This document shows positions 18,771 through 26,083 of a DNA stretch of 41,062 bases, one piece after another. The DNA lies in IMG/VR virus record IMGVR_UViG_3300014613_000012, positions 1 through 41,062 of that record. One strand, given 5' to 3'. A program made the position numbers and the translations under genes. The stretch is from a virus (taxonomy: Duplodnaviria > Caudoviricetes). Each line of letters opens with the position of its first letter. Positions within the stretch are counted from its first letter, which is position 1. The notes beneath the pieces were generated by a model that was not told the origin of the DNA, ran no database searches, and saw only the letters and a list, made by a program, of their open reading frames with translations.

Positions 18771-18799
18771 TGCATTTCTCCTTTGTTCTTTATGTTAAT

Positions 18800-18828
18800 A
18801 ATATATGTATTTTTATGTTAATCGTCAA
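18800..18828 (-). promoter_or_regulatory. sigma70-like promoter
   Basis: TTGACG-17bp-TATATT; ATTAACATAAA occurs twice around it (possible operator). Confidence 0.7.
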
Positions 18829-19096
18829 CTCTTTTTCTCTGGAATTTATAACTTTTTTTCGGAGGCGGTAACACTATTCCAGCAGCGTCCAAAGCAGTCC
18901 GAAAGTCGTGCTCCGTCCAGATATCTCCATCCATATCCGCATGGCCTGAGTGGCAGTACTCGCATACTAGCATTATGTTTAGTGAATTGTTTATCAGGGA
19001 TCGTCCGTAGTGTTTGACGTTGGCCTTCGTCTGCGGAAAGCGGTGATGTCGCTGTGTCGCCGGACGTGTGCGGCATCGCTGGCATGGGCGTATCAT
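18818..19096 (-). CDS. HNH-like / Zn-binding protein
   Basis: CQRC...HHRFPQ...N..LVCEYCH; probable start 19096. Confidence 0.6.
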   Translation of the reverse strand: MIRPCQRCRTRPATQRHHRFPQTKANVKHYGRSLINNSLNIMLVCEYCHSGHADMDGDIWTEHDFRTALDAAGIVLPPPKKSYKFQRKRVDD

Positions 19097-19101
19097 CCCT
19101 C

Positions 19102-19416
19102 TTACTCTCCAGATAAATGATCGCGGACTTTGTCTATTTGATATATCACCTTCTGCCACCGTGAAGGCTCAAACGTAGTTCCGTAGTTCGTTTTCCACAT
19201 ATCATATGCTTCGATCAGCTCTCGCACATCGTCGCGGAAAGTGTCGTCGCCCGATAGTATAGATAATACTGTTTTCTCGTCGTAATATCGCACAGTATCA
19301 GAACTATTGCAATTTCCGCACGTTGTTACGTCAGGCAAGTTAATGCCTATCATCCCACACTCAAAACATTTCGTCAACACACTATGAATATTTACAATAT
19401 CTCTCTCGCTCCTCAT
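19102..19416 (-). CDS. Zn-ribbon hypothetical protein
   Basis: CFECG...CGNC; GGAG RBS. Confidence 0.65.
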   Translation of the reverse strand: MRSERDIVNIHSVLTKCFECGMIGINLPDVTTCGNCNSSDTVRYYDEKTVLSILSGDDTFRDDVRELIEAYDMWKTNYGTTFEPSRWQKVIYQIDKVRDHLSGE

Positions 19417-19443
19417 GCTCCCTCCCTCGCGTAGTATAATATT

Positions 19444-19668
19444 TCATCTCTCCACCTCCCCGGTGATGCGATCTAAAATGCAACGGATAACATACTTAGT
19501 CGCAACTGGATTGAATGGATTATTCACCACTCGTCCAAGATTCTCTGCTATATCCTCCCGCTCGCGGAGAAGCGGCTCGATGTCGGAGTGCAAACAATAT
19601 TTTCCCAGCCATACCTCCTCCATTCCGCGAGGACACGTTCGCAAGCAATCATACCGCTGTATCTTCAT
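19444..19668 (-). CDS. Hypothetical protein
   Basis: Probable start MKIQRY after GGAGGGGAG; contains GKYCLHSD. Confidence 0.6.
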   Translation of the reverse strand: MKIQRYDCLRTCPRGMEEVWLGKYCLHSDIEPLLREREDIAENLGRVVNNPFNPVATKYVIRCILDRITGEVER

Positions 19669-19715
19669 CTCCCCTCCTTCGCCCTCCGCGCTGAGTGGGC
19701 GCGATATCTGTAATA

Positions 19716-19741
19716 AGTTTCGCATATAACCTGTTAGCGGA
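19716..19741 (+). repeat. Array-initial half site (attI-like or truncated attC)
   Basis: tttcgcatataacct-GTTAGCG; shares tttcgcatat with the right arm of attC1; no partner arm found upstream. Confidence 0.5.
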
Positions 19742-20015
19742 AATGCTCGCTTAATCTTTTCAATTTATTTTCAATTTTTTTTAACTCTGATATAACATAT
19801 TCATCATCACTATCTCCGGCAATGTTTGCCATAAATAAACTTGTATATTGGCTAATTAAGTTTTCAATATCAATCCGCACATCCGCTAACAGCGAATATG
19901 CGTTCGCCTCCGGCAAATTGCGAGGCTCATAGTGTGTGCACCCGCACCCATTCACGCGCTCGCCAAATACAACGTGCCTACATACTACCTTGTGCATACA
20001 GTCAAAACAGTCCAC
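19734..20015 (-). CDS. Cassette 1 hypothetical protein
   Basis: GTG start with GAGGAGG RBS inside attC1; stop TAA lies within the GTTAGCG core. Confidence 0.7.
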   Translation of the reverse strand: MDCFDCMHKVVCRHVVFGERVNGCGCTHYEPRNLPEANAYSLLADVRIDIENLISQYTSLFMANIAGDSDDEYVISELKKIENKLKRLSEHFR

Positions 20016-20058
20016 CGTTTACCTCCTCGCAATTTCGCATATCCGCAATCTGTTGTAC
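19884..20058 (+). repeat. attC-like site 1 (175 bp)
   Basis: CGCTAAC agcgaatatgcg...aaattgcgagg [loop] cctcgcaattt cgcatatccgc aatct GTTGTAC. Confidence 0.75.
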
Positions 20059-20070
20059 GCCATGCCGAGC

Positions 20071-20235
20071 CTATCGGCGGCGGCCATCCGTGGCCGCCCG
20101 TTGCATAAAAATATCCAAAAACTCTTTTTCTGGATTTCCCTCGTACAATATATCATAGTCAACATATCCATGTTCAATAAGGTACTCATTGTATTTAATC
20201 AATATTGCCCAAATATATTGTTTGTCCTTTTGCAT
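20071..20235 (-). CDS. Cassette 2, 54-aa hypothetical protein
   Basis: Not in the track. MQKDKQYIWAIL...AATDGRRR. Confidence 0.55.
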   Translation of the reverse strand: MQKDKQYIWAILIKYNEYLIEHGYVDYDILYEGNPEKEFLDIFMQRAATDGRRR

Positions 20236-20238
20236 GAT

Positions 20239-20892
20239 TTACCCCCACTGTTCAGACATAGCCGATGCGATACCATGATACGCTTTTGGGTATGAACATT
20301 CACTGTATTTTAAATTATTCATAACCTCTTTTTTATAATTCTTATCCCCGACAATAAATAAATATCTGTGTTTTCTCGGTCTATCAAGTAAATAAAAATC
20401 ATCCCCGTATTTATCCCGCATTGCCCGTGCCCTGTTTTCACATCCTCTGAACTCATCCGCTATGGTCTGCCCGTGTAAATGTTCTTTCCCTTTTATTTTC
20501 CAATCTGTTCTTTTCGCCGAGAGTCCTGTATAAATAAAATTTGTTGCTTGATAAACATATCCAACATGATTTTGGCTACTATCTGCAAAAGACACAATTA
20601 TTTTATTTTTTGGTAACATTTTTAAACTATTCCCGACAAGAAAACTTGCTTCATTTTTCCTATTGTATTTTAAGCAGAGTCTATTTAATTCTAAAATATC
20701 AGAAATAAACCTATCTCCGGCAATTCCCCTTCTAAGTGGGGCACTTGCCGGTGTTCCATAAGTTACAACACCACACAGTTCATTATCAACAAATAATCCA
20801 AACGCATAAGATATTGACGGCCATCTTTTAGCATAGTGCAACTCTAAAATATATTCGCTGCAATCAATCCTATTTATTTTTTTTACCATCAT
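20239..20892 (-). CDS. mom: Mom-family (GNAT-like) DNA adenine modification protein
   Basis: HYAKR, GVVTYG.P, LELNRL, NEASFL, VSFADS.Q.HVG.VYQATNFIYTG. Start more likely 20892 or 20889 than 20985. Confidence 0.85.
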   Translation of the reverse strand: MMVKKINRIDCSEYILELHYAKRWPSISYAFGLFVDNELCGVVTYGTPASAPLRRGIAGDRFISDILELNRLCLKYNRKNEASFLVGNSLKMLPKNKIIVSFADSSQNHVGYVYQATNFIYTGLSAKRTDWKIKGKEHLHGQTIADEFRGCENRARAMRDKYGDDFYLLDRPRKHRYLFIVGDKNYKKEVMNNLKYSECSYPKAYHGIASAMSEQWG

Positions 20893-20927
20893 TAAACTAT
20901 CCTCTGCGCTTCGGTACGTCCTGTACC

Positions 20928-21086
20928 TCACATACACCACACATAAGCACCAATCAATATAAACTCTACCGCCATTAGAACACATATTGCAAGATAGAAC
21001 ACACGGCTTTCATGAACGGCATCCGCGATATATGCAAGAAGCATTATCAATGGAATCGTCAATATTAACTTGCCAAGTATTTCCAC
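20928..21086 (-). CDS. Cassette 2, 52-aa two-TM membrane protein
   Basis: Not in the track. GTG start, MEILGKLILTIPLIMLLAYIAD...FILIGAYVWCM; bracketed by a ~30-bp direct repeat. Confidence 0.55.
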   Translation of the reverse strand: MEILGKLILTIPLIMLLAYIADAVHESRVFYLAICVLMAVEFILIGAYVWCM

Positions 21087-21159
21087 AACCAGCCCCCCTC
21101 TACGCTTCGGTACATCCGTGTACCTCGCTAAAACAATCTATTGCTACACTCGGCACGGC

Positions 21160-21214
21160 GCACAACAACCGCTATACGCCATTTCACGGCGCATAGCTTG
21201 TAATGCTGTTAGCG
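21160..21214 (+). repeat. attC-like site 2 (55 bp)
   Basis: GCACAAC aacc gctatacgcc atttcac ggcgcatagc ttgtaatgct GTTAGCG. Confidence 0.8.
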
Positions 21215-21460
21215 GAAATACCGCCTAAACTTTTTGAATTTATTACCCGTCCTCGGATCGTATCCTCTAAAATAATCCACACATACGCACTGTTCGCACT
21301 CAAAATCAGGACTATATTTGCATACGTAATCACCATGCCATTGATCTCTGTAACTGCCGCACGGCGGTACTTCCGCTAACACGGCGTAAACGACAGCCGA
21401 CCTTATTTTAGACCATAGACTTTGTTTCTTAACCGCGACTATTTCATGAAATAAATTCAT
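21209..21460 (-). CDS. Cassette 3 Cys-rich hypothetical protein
   Basis: AGGAGG RBS and ATG inside the attC3 loop; stop in the GTTAGCG core. Confidence 0.7.
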   Translation of the reverse strand: MNLFHEIVAVKKQSLWSKIRSAVVYAVLAEVPPCGSYRDQWHGDYVCKYSPDFECEQCVCVDYFRGYDPRTGNKFKKFRRYFR

Positions 21461-21501
21461 ATTTCCTCCTTCGGCCTACGCCTACGCCATGACTGTTATA
21501 T
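21374..21501 (+). repeat. attC-like site 3 (128 bp)
   Basis: CGCTAAC ac ggcgtaaacg acagccga [loop] tcggcct acgcctacgcc atgact GTTATAT. Confidence 0.75.
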
Positions 21502-21515
21502 GCAATGCCGCTCAT

Positions 21516-21719
21516 CTATTGGCACGAAATGCCAGTGTCCTTATAGTGTGACCCAGAGAACATCCTGCCACAATGCACTGGCCGAACACAAGACGAATCA
21601 ACCTTTATCCCGCCATTATACACTTCGCAGATGGTCTTATTGCATCCAGACGCGGCACAGCATATAACAGCGCATACGCAAAACCGCACCAAAGACTTCG
21701 ACAATCTATTTGACTTCAT
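21516..21719 (-). CDS. Cassette 4 Cys-rich protein, possible lipoprotein
   Basis: GGAGG RBS; hydrophobic N-terminus ending ASGC; reads through the attC4 left arm. Confidence 0.55.
   Translation of the reverse strand: MKSNRLSKSLVRFCVCAVICCAASGCNKTICEVYNGGIKVDSSCVRPVHCGRMFSGSHYKDTGISCQ
21662..21690 (+). repeat. attC-like site 4, left arm only
   Basis: ATATAAC agcgcatacgc... complements the cassette start GTTATAT; right arm not found. Confidence 0.6.
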
Positions 21720-21740
21720 GATACTACCTCCGCAATTATT

Positions 21741-21962
21741 TTATTGCCGCACGTCATCCCGCGTCTCGATCTTCTCGCGCCATATCGCCTGACGATAGCA
21801 CTCCACTACATGCTCATCGGGAGCAAGATACACTGTAGTAATTGCCTTCTGTAGCTCCATCTCTTCTTCGAGCTCATAGACACGCCCGTTTAGACGCATC
21901 ACCATTATCGTCGTTGCTATCGCCCATGCCGCAAGTCCGAAATACGCCAGCCGTTTAATCAT
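21741..21962 (-). CDS. Membrane-anchored hypothetical protein
   Basis: N-terminal hydrophobic helix then coiled coil. Confidence 0.6.
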   Translation of the reverse strand: MIKRLAYFGLAAWAIATTIMVMRLNGRVYELEEEMELQKAITTVYLAPDEHVVECYRQAIWREKIETRDDVRQ

Positions 21963-22084
21963 CTCCGGTATTTCTCCTTGTAGTATTTTTCTAAATTCAG
22001 GAACTCAGCATCGCGCTTGCGCTTGTCCCTGTACCAAATAGCTATCAAGCAAATAAACGAAACTAGAACTATCAGCTTTTCCAT
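21959..22084 (-). CDS. 41-aa membrane peptide
   Basis: Not in the track. MEKLIVLVSFICLIAIWYRDKRKR..., overlapping both neighbours. Confidence 0.5.
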   Translation of the reverse strand: MEKLIVLVSFICLIAIWYRDKRKRDAEFLNLEKYYKEKYRR

Positions 22085-22653
22085 ATCTTCCCCCGCATCT
22101 CTAGAACGTGCTCCTGGTGTTGTTGAAATGTCACGTCATCCAAGCGGCTAGACTTGCTGCATCCGAGATGTCCGCCCAGATCATCAGTAAGACGTATTTC
22201 CAGCTTGCCGAGATATTCCATCATTTCATCCATCGTCACCGTAGCCAACGATGGAATATATCCGAGCAGTTTATCGTCGTCGTCCACCAGGAGCGCGAGC
22301 CCTTGCAAGTGCTGATATAATAGCTTAGTCCCGCGGCGGAAAGCGTAATACCCGTTTCGGAAATACCTGCCATCGATGCTGTTGATGTCGTCGCACTTAG
22401 CAAACAGATATTCATATTTAAGCTCGAAGTGCATCTTGTCTCGATCAGTCTCGCCTGCTGCGTGCGTGATATCCGGCAGAAGATATCCACGATAAAAACG
22501 ATGCGCGTACTGCGCAGGCTTGTCCACAACTTCAATGCGGAACTCCACATTTTTATTCGCAGACAATACGAGGAAATTGCGGATCTGCTTCCGCGCCGTC
22601 TCGCTAATGGAGCCCTGCTTATCTACGGCTGTGTCGATGTTTATCTTACGCAT
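22072..22653 (-). CDS. NinB/Orf-like recombination accessory protein (putative)
   Basis: QYAHRFYRG..L..I...GE....MH..LK and S.A.....EM.EY pattern. Confidence 0.55.
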   Translation of the reverse strand: MRKINIDTAVDKQGSISETARKQIRNFLVLSANKNVEFRIEVVDKPAQYAHRFYRGYLLPDITHAAGETDRDKMHFELKYEYLFAKCDDINSIDGRYFRNGYYAFRRGTKLLYQHLQGLALLVDDDDKLLGYIPSLATVTMDEMMEYLGKLEIRLTDDLGGHLGCSKSSRLDDVTFQQHQEHVLEMRGKIWKS

Positions 22654-22680
22654 TTCAACTCTCCTTTTTTTTATAACAAC

Positions 22681-22709
22681 ACTATATTTATTTTATTGTT
22701 ATGCGTCAA
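22681..22709 (-). promoter_or_regulatory. sigma70-like promoter facing ninB and the cassette array
   Basis: TTGACG-17bp-TATAGT. Confidence 0.75.
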
Positions 22710-22716
22710 CTAAAAA

Positions 22717-23313
22717 TTACTCTTCCAGCATTTTTCTTGTTAAGTCATTAACAAGTTTAGAAAATTCTTTATTCGCTTTGTTTTCGAGCTGTGCTATGTT
22801 TTTATTCGACAGCTGCGGCACACTTGACGATATCAAGATCGGCTCGGACTCGTCGGCTATTCCGCGGAGCACTTTACGCTCCACGTCAGGTGGGCTCTCT
22901 CGGTAGTAGCAATATGACTTGATAAAACGAGTCTCTACAAATGGCAGCTTGTCCACGTCCGTATTGCACAGAGCTACATACCCGCCACAGTCTATAAGTG
23001 CTTCCTGGGCCGCGACGTTATCCACGATCAAGTCACGATAGATATTCACGCTGTCAACTATCCGCTTGAACTCATGCCGCGCCTCTGCCTCCATCGCCCT
23101 GGTGTCAGGCACTGTCAGCTTGCGTATAGCCGCGACGTCTGGCGGAGTTTTATACTGATTCGAGTAGTTGGCAATAACTCGCTCCAGCAAGTTTTCAAGC
23201 TCGCTCTCGCGGTAGTTATTCATAACATACGACAGCACAACTCCGTTAACTGTTGCGTTTCTATACTCGCCGTAATACGCTTCGATGGCGTTTATGAAGT
23301 CTGCGTGTGTCAT
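22717..23313 (-). CDS. Replication accessory protein (DUF6475 / helicase-loader-like)
   Basis: PPDVAAI...A..E...I...GGY..LC...F...Y; downstream of the initiator. Confidence 0.55.
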   Translation of the reverse strand: MTHADFINAIEAYYGEYRNATVNGVVLSYVMNNYRESELENLLERVIANYSNQYKTPPDVAAIRKLTVPDTRAMEAEARHEFKRIVDSVNIYRDLIVDNVAAQEALIDCGGYVALCNTDVDKLPFVETRFIKSYCYYRESPPDVERKVLRGIADESEPILISSSVPQLSNKNIAQLENKANKEFSKLVNDLTRKMLEE

Positions 23314-24026
23314 CACATAACCTCGCAAAATAATCCGCAGTCAGGAACTATAATTGGCATAATCCTTCCGCGATCTTTCGGCAAGTCTATTAAATTAAAC
23401 TCCTTGAATATTCTCCCGCCTATAATGCTTTCAAGCTCGCACCTCGACGCGAACACAGCCGGGAAATCGCCACGAATCTTATTCCAGTACCCCATCCCTC
23501 CCTTCAAGCACCCGATGCAATTATTGTTCGGGTATCCCATATCATACATCACCGGCCTTTTTATCCCCGCCGCATCAAGTATCCCATGAGCCGCTGCCTT
23601 GTCAATATTGCCATCAATCAGCGGGAACAAATGCTCGCACTCCGGCATGGAGATTAGAAGCCGCTCGGCTCTCTCTCTCTCTCCACAATCGAAACCCCAC
23701 ACATAGGTGCAATCCTTCCCGTGTTCCATCTCCCAAATCTGCCGAACCCTGCGTTTTAATAATCTAGTGCAAGCCGCCCCATGCGGCGAATTTATAAATC
23801 CTGCCTTACGGCAAGCATTTTCCACACTCTTTAATTCTGACTGGTTAATCTCTACCGGAACGCCGAACCAATCCTCACAGTCCTTAATAAATCTCAATGT
23901 ATCTTCGTGTTGATCGTCGATATGAGTATAAATAACTTTAACATCACCGTACTTGTTGATAACCATCTTAGTAGCAACTGCACTTGATACACCGGCACTA
24001 AACCACGATACAATCATTCTCTCCAC
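23313..24026 (-). CDS. PAPS-reductase-like (PP-loop) phage protein
   Basis: WFSAGVSSA, CTRLLK, FPLI, YDMGYPNNNCIGCLKGG.GYW, CGLFC. Confidence 0.8.
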   Translation of the reverse strand: MERMIVSWFSAGVSSAVATKMVINKYGDVKVIYTHIDDQHEDTLRFIKDCEDWFGVPVEINQSELKSVENACRKAGFINSPHGAACTRLLKRRVRQIWEMEHGKDCTYVWGFDCGERERAERLLISMPECEHLFPLIDGNIDKAAAHGILDAAGIKRPVMYDMGYPNNNCIGCLKGGMGYWNKIRGDFPAVFASRCELESIIGGRIFKEFNLIDLPKDRGRIMPIIVPDCGLFCEVM

Positions 24027-24742
24027 TTCAGCTCCTCGTATATTTTCTGATTCTTAGCCTTTATGCGCTCTGCATCGGATATCGTGCGGACTTGATTGTC
24101 GCGGGGCCGCACCTTATTCCGCCCGTGCCATGTAATAACTTTTTGTTTCCAGTTGCGGACTTTATTCCCGTTTGCATCATGCCAGTCGCTTTCCGTATAG
24201 TATTCAAGAAAATACTTTGCGTCAACGTTATATTTCTTATCTGTTATATATGTCTGTAATTCTGTAAGTGTTGGTGGAATAAGAGCCTTTCTCTTTATGT
24301 TATTATTATTACTGTTATTATTAGTAGTGTTATTATTACTTGTAAACGTAGTGTACTGCGAAGGTACGCGAGACTTACTGCGTGAGTCAGTCTGTTGTAC
24401 TGTCGTTAGTACACTAGGTGTACTATCAAGAAACGTCAAAATATACTTATTGTTATGTTTTAAAGGATCGTTTGGATACAGCTTTTCTTTGCGTATAAAT
24501 CCAGTCGCAATGATCCTCTTGATGGATTTTGATACTGTCATCTTGCTAATTCCAAGCTCGTCGGATATTCTCTCGTAGCTAGGGAAGCACTCGTTTCCTC
24601 CTCCGGTATAGCTCAACATGTACGCAAGCACTGCTTTTTCGTAAATGCCAATGTCCTTTGATCTCATCAGCTTCTTAGGTATTATTCCATATCCTTCTGA
24701 GAATATACCGGATAACTCAATCTTGTTTCCGTTGTCGCTCAT
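24014..24742 (-). CDS. Replication initiator (N-terminal HTH, lambda O-like)
   Basis: CFPSYERISDELGIS HTH; Asn-rich linker; C-terminal PPTL.E...F..YY...W...NWK. Confidence 0.85.
   Translation of the reverse strand: MSDNGNKIELSGIFSEGYGIIPKKLMRSKDIGIYEKAVLAYMLSYTGGGNECFPSYERISDELGISKMTVSKSIKRIIATGFIRKEKLYPNDPLKHNNKYILTFLDSTPSVLTTVQQTDSRSKSRVPSQYTTFTSNNNTTNNNSNNNNIKRKALIPPTLTELQTYITDKKYNVDAKYFLEYYTESDWHDANGNKVRNWKQKVITWHGRNKVRPRDNQVRTISDAERIKAKNQKIYEELKWRE
24296..24430. other. Putative replication origin inside the initiator gene
   Basis: Short GTGTACT/AGTACAC-like repeats next to an AT-rich (TTA)n tract, as in lambdoid O genes. Confidence 0.4.
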
Positions 24743-24803
24743 ATATCACCATGTTCAAGTAGATGTTTCAATTTTTCAGAATACTTGTTCACCATACACC
24801 TCT

Positions 24804-24868
24804 AAAATAAAAAAGCCGCCTACTTCAATCCCTCCTTTCGGAGATTCCCCGGATTGAAATAAGCGGCT
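24804..24868 (-). terminator. Long hairpin terminator/attenuator upstream of the initiator
   Basis: AGCCGCttatttcaatcc...ggattgaagtagGCGGCT followed by T6. Confidence 0.7.
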
Positions 24869-24923
24869 CGCTGTCTGCAATTGACAGGCGGATGGGGAAT
24901 TTATCCGGCTGTCAACTATTTTG

Positions 24924-24955
24924 AAAAAAACGCCCTGCGGCTCTCACCGCAGGCT
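24924..24955 (-). terminator. Hairpin terminator in the initiator leader
   Basis: CCTGCGG-tgagag-CCGCAGG gcg T7. Confidence 0.65.
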
Positions 24956-25007
24956 TGTCCAAGAGTTTTCGGATATTCGTTATTCACAAATATCGCAATC
25001 CGCAGTA

Positions 25008-25036
25008 AACATACCCATACTGCGCGTGCGTGTCAA
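25008..25036 (-). promoter_or_regulatory. sigma70-like promoter for the replication leader
   Basis: TTGACA-17bp-TATGTT. Confidence 0.7.
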
Positions 25037-25037
25037 G

Positions 25038-25526
25038 CTATTTCTTCGCGCTTACTAGAATTTTGTACTCTGACAGTTTGCGTATTTCGTCAGCGTTAAA
25101 GACGCACTCCACAAGTCCGCGAGTGCCAGCGAATCGCATCATCACAGACTGAGCCCCGACGATGCTGTCAAACTCAGCTTTCGTCAGCGGAAACGTCACG
25201 ATCTCACGAACGCGCGCACGATACACTCTGCGGATCGGAGCCACAACAGACTTCGACGCAATCCGAGACTCCCCCGCCACCACGCGAACGCTGTCAATAA
25301 ACTTCCAGCCGTTCATGTCTGCATTAAGCAAGATCATATGAGACACCATATCGCTCTTCGCTTTGATCAGCTTCACCGTGTACAGATTCAGCCCGTCCGG
25401 CGAGAACTTAGCCGCGAACTGCTGCGAGGACACTCCGGAATAAACGTCGTGCCTGCTCTCGATTACCGGCTCGAAAGACACACAGCCGCACAACAACACC
25501 AACGACAGTACTAGCTTTTTCATCAC
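25038..25526 (-). CDS. Lipoprotein (possible superinfection exclusion)
   Basis: MMKKLVLSLVLLCGC lipobox; the function is a guess. Confidence 0.7.
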   Translation of the reverse strand: MMKKLVLSLVLLCGCVSFEPVIESRHDVYSGVSSQQFAAKFSPDGLNLYTVKLIKAKSDMVSHMILLNADMNGWKFIDSVRVVAGESRIASKSVVAPIRRVYRARVREIVTFPLTKAEFDSIVGAQSVMMRFAGTRGLVECVFNADEIRKLSEYKILVSAKK

Positions 25527-25534
25527 GTCCTCCT

Positions 25535-26083
25535 TTATAAAACTACTTGCTTCCCGCGGTACTTCCCCATCTCATCGCACAGCGCGAGCCCTTCAAGCTG
25601 CTTCAGCTCCCAGATAGCCGATGCCCTGCGCTTGCCGTTCAGTATCATATTGACGCACGTCCGAGACATATCGTGTCGTATCGCCAATCGATTCTGGCTG
25701 TACTGATCGCGCTCCAGGTACATCGCCTGGATCTCCTCGTCGCTCTTGTGCTTGCCCTTGCGATGTAAGCCCATCCGAACAGCGTGTCGCATATTATCCT
25801 TTGCTGTCACCCACTGCAAATTGTCAGCACGATTATTCGTCTTATCGCCGTCGATGTGATTCACCTGTCGGCCCTTCCTGCGGCCCTTGCAAAATAGCTT
25901 TGCTACAGTCGAATGCACATAGATGTTTTTCATCTTCCCGTCTACATGGATGGCGAAAAACTTATACCCGTTTATCGAAGTCTGAAGCGTCCGCACAGTA
26001 TCTGAAAACGCCCGGCGTACATCGCCATACTCCGACACCAAGAAGCCCGGCGCGTCTTTTATGGCCTTCCATCGTGTGCTCAT
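25535..26083 (-). CDS. NUMOD4-HNH endonuclease
   Basis: WKAI...F.VSEYGDVR; VH..VA; VNHIDGDKTNNRADNLQWVT. Confidence 0.9.
   Translation of the reverse strand: MSTRWKAIKDAPGFLVSEYGDVRRAFSDTVRTLQTSINGYKFFAIHVDGKMKNIYVHSTVAKLFCKGRRKGRQVNHIDGDKTNNRADNLQWVTAKDNMRHAVRMGLHRKGKHKSDEEIQAMYLERDQYSQNRLAIRHDMSRTCVNMILNGKRRASAIWELKQLEGLALCDEMGKYRGKQVVL

Larger units (their letters stand above)
19716..21690 (+). mobile_element. Integron-like gene cassette array (4 cassettes, no integrase seen; CALIN-like)
   Basis: Four units each begin GTT-core and end in its near-exact reverse complement, separated by imperfect hairpins (see attC entries). Confidence 0.75.

Noticed and set aside
20893-20985. N-terminal extension of the Mom ORF in the track
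   Set aside because: Overlaps the 52-aa membrane ORF and the repeat; an RBS sits directly before the ATGs at 20892/20889
19716-21690. CRISPR array or toxin-antitoxin repeat array
   Set aside because: Units are palindromic, non-identical and separated by gene-sized variable segments, not constant-length spacers
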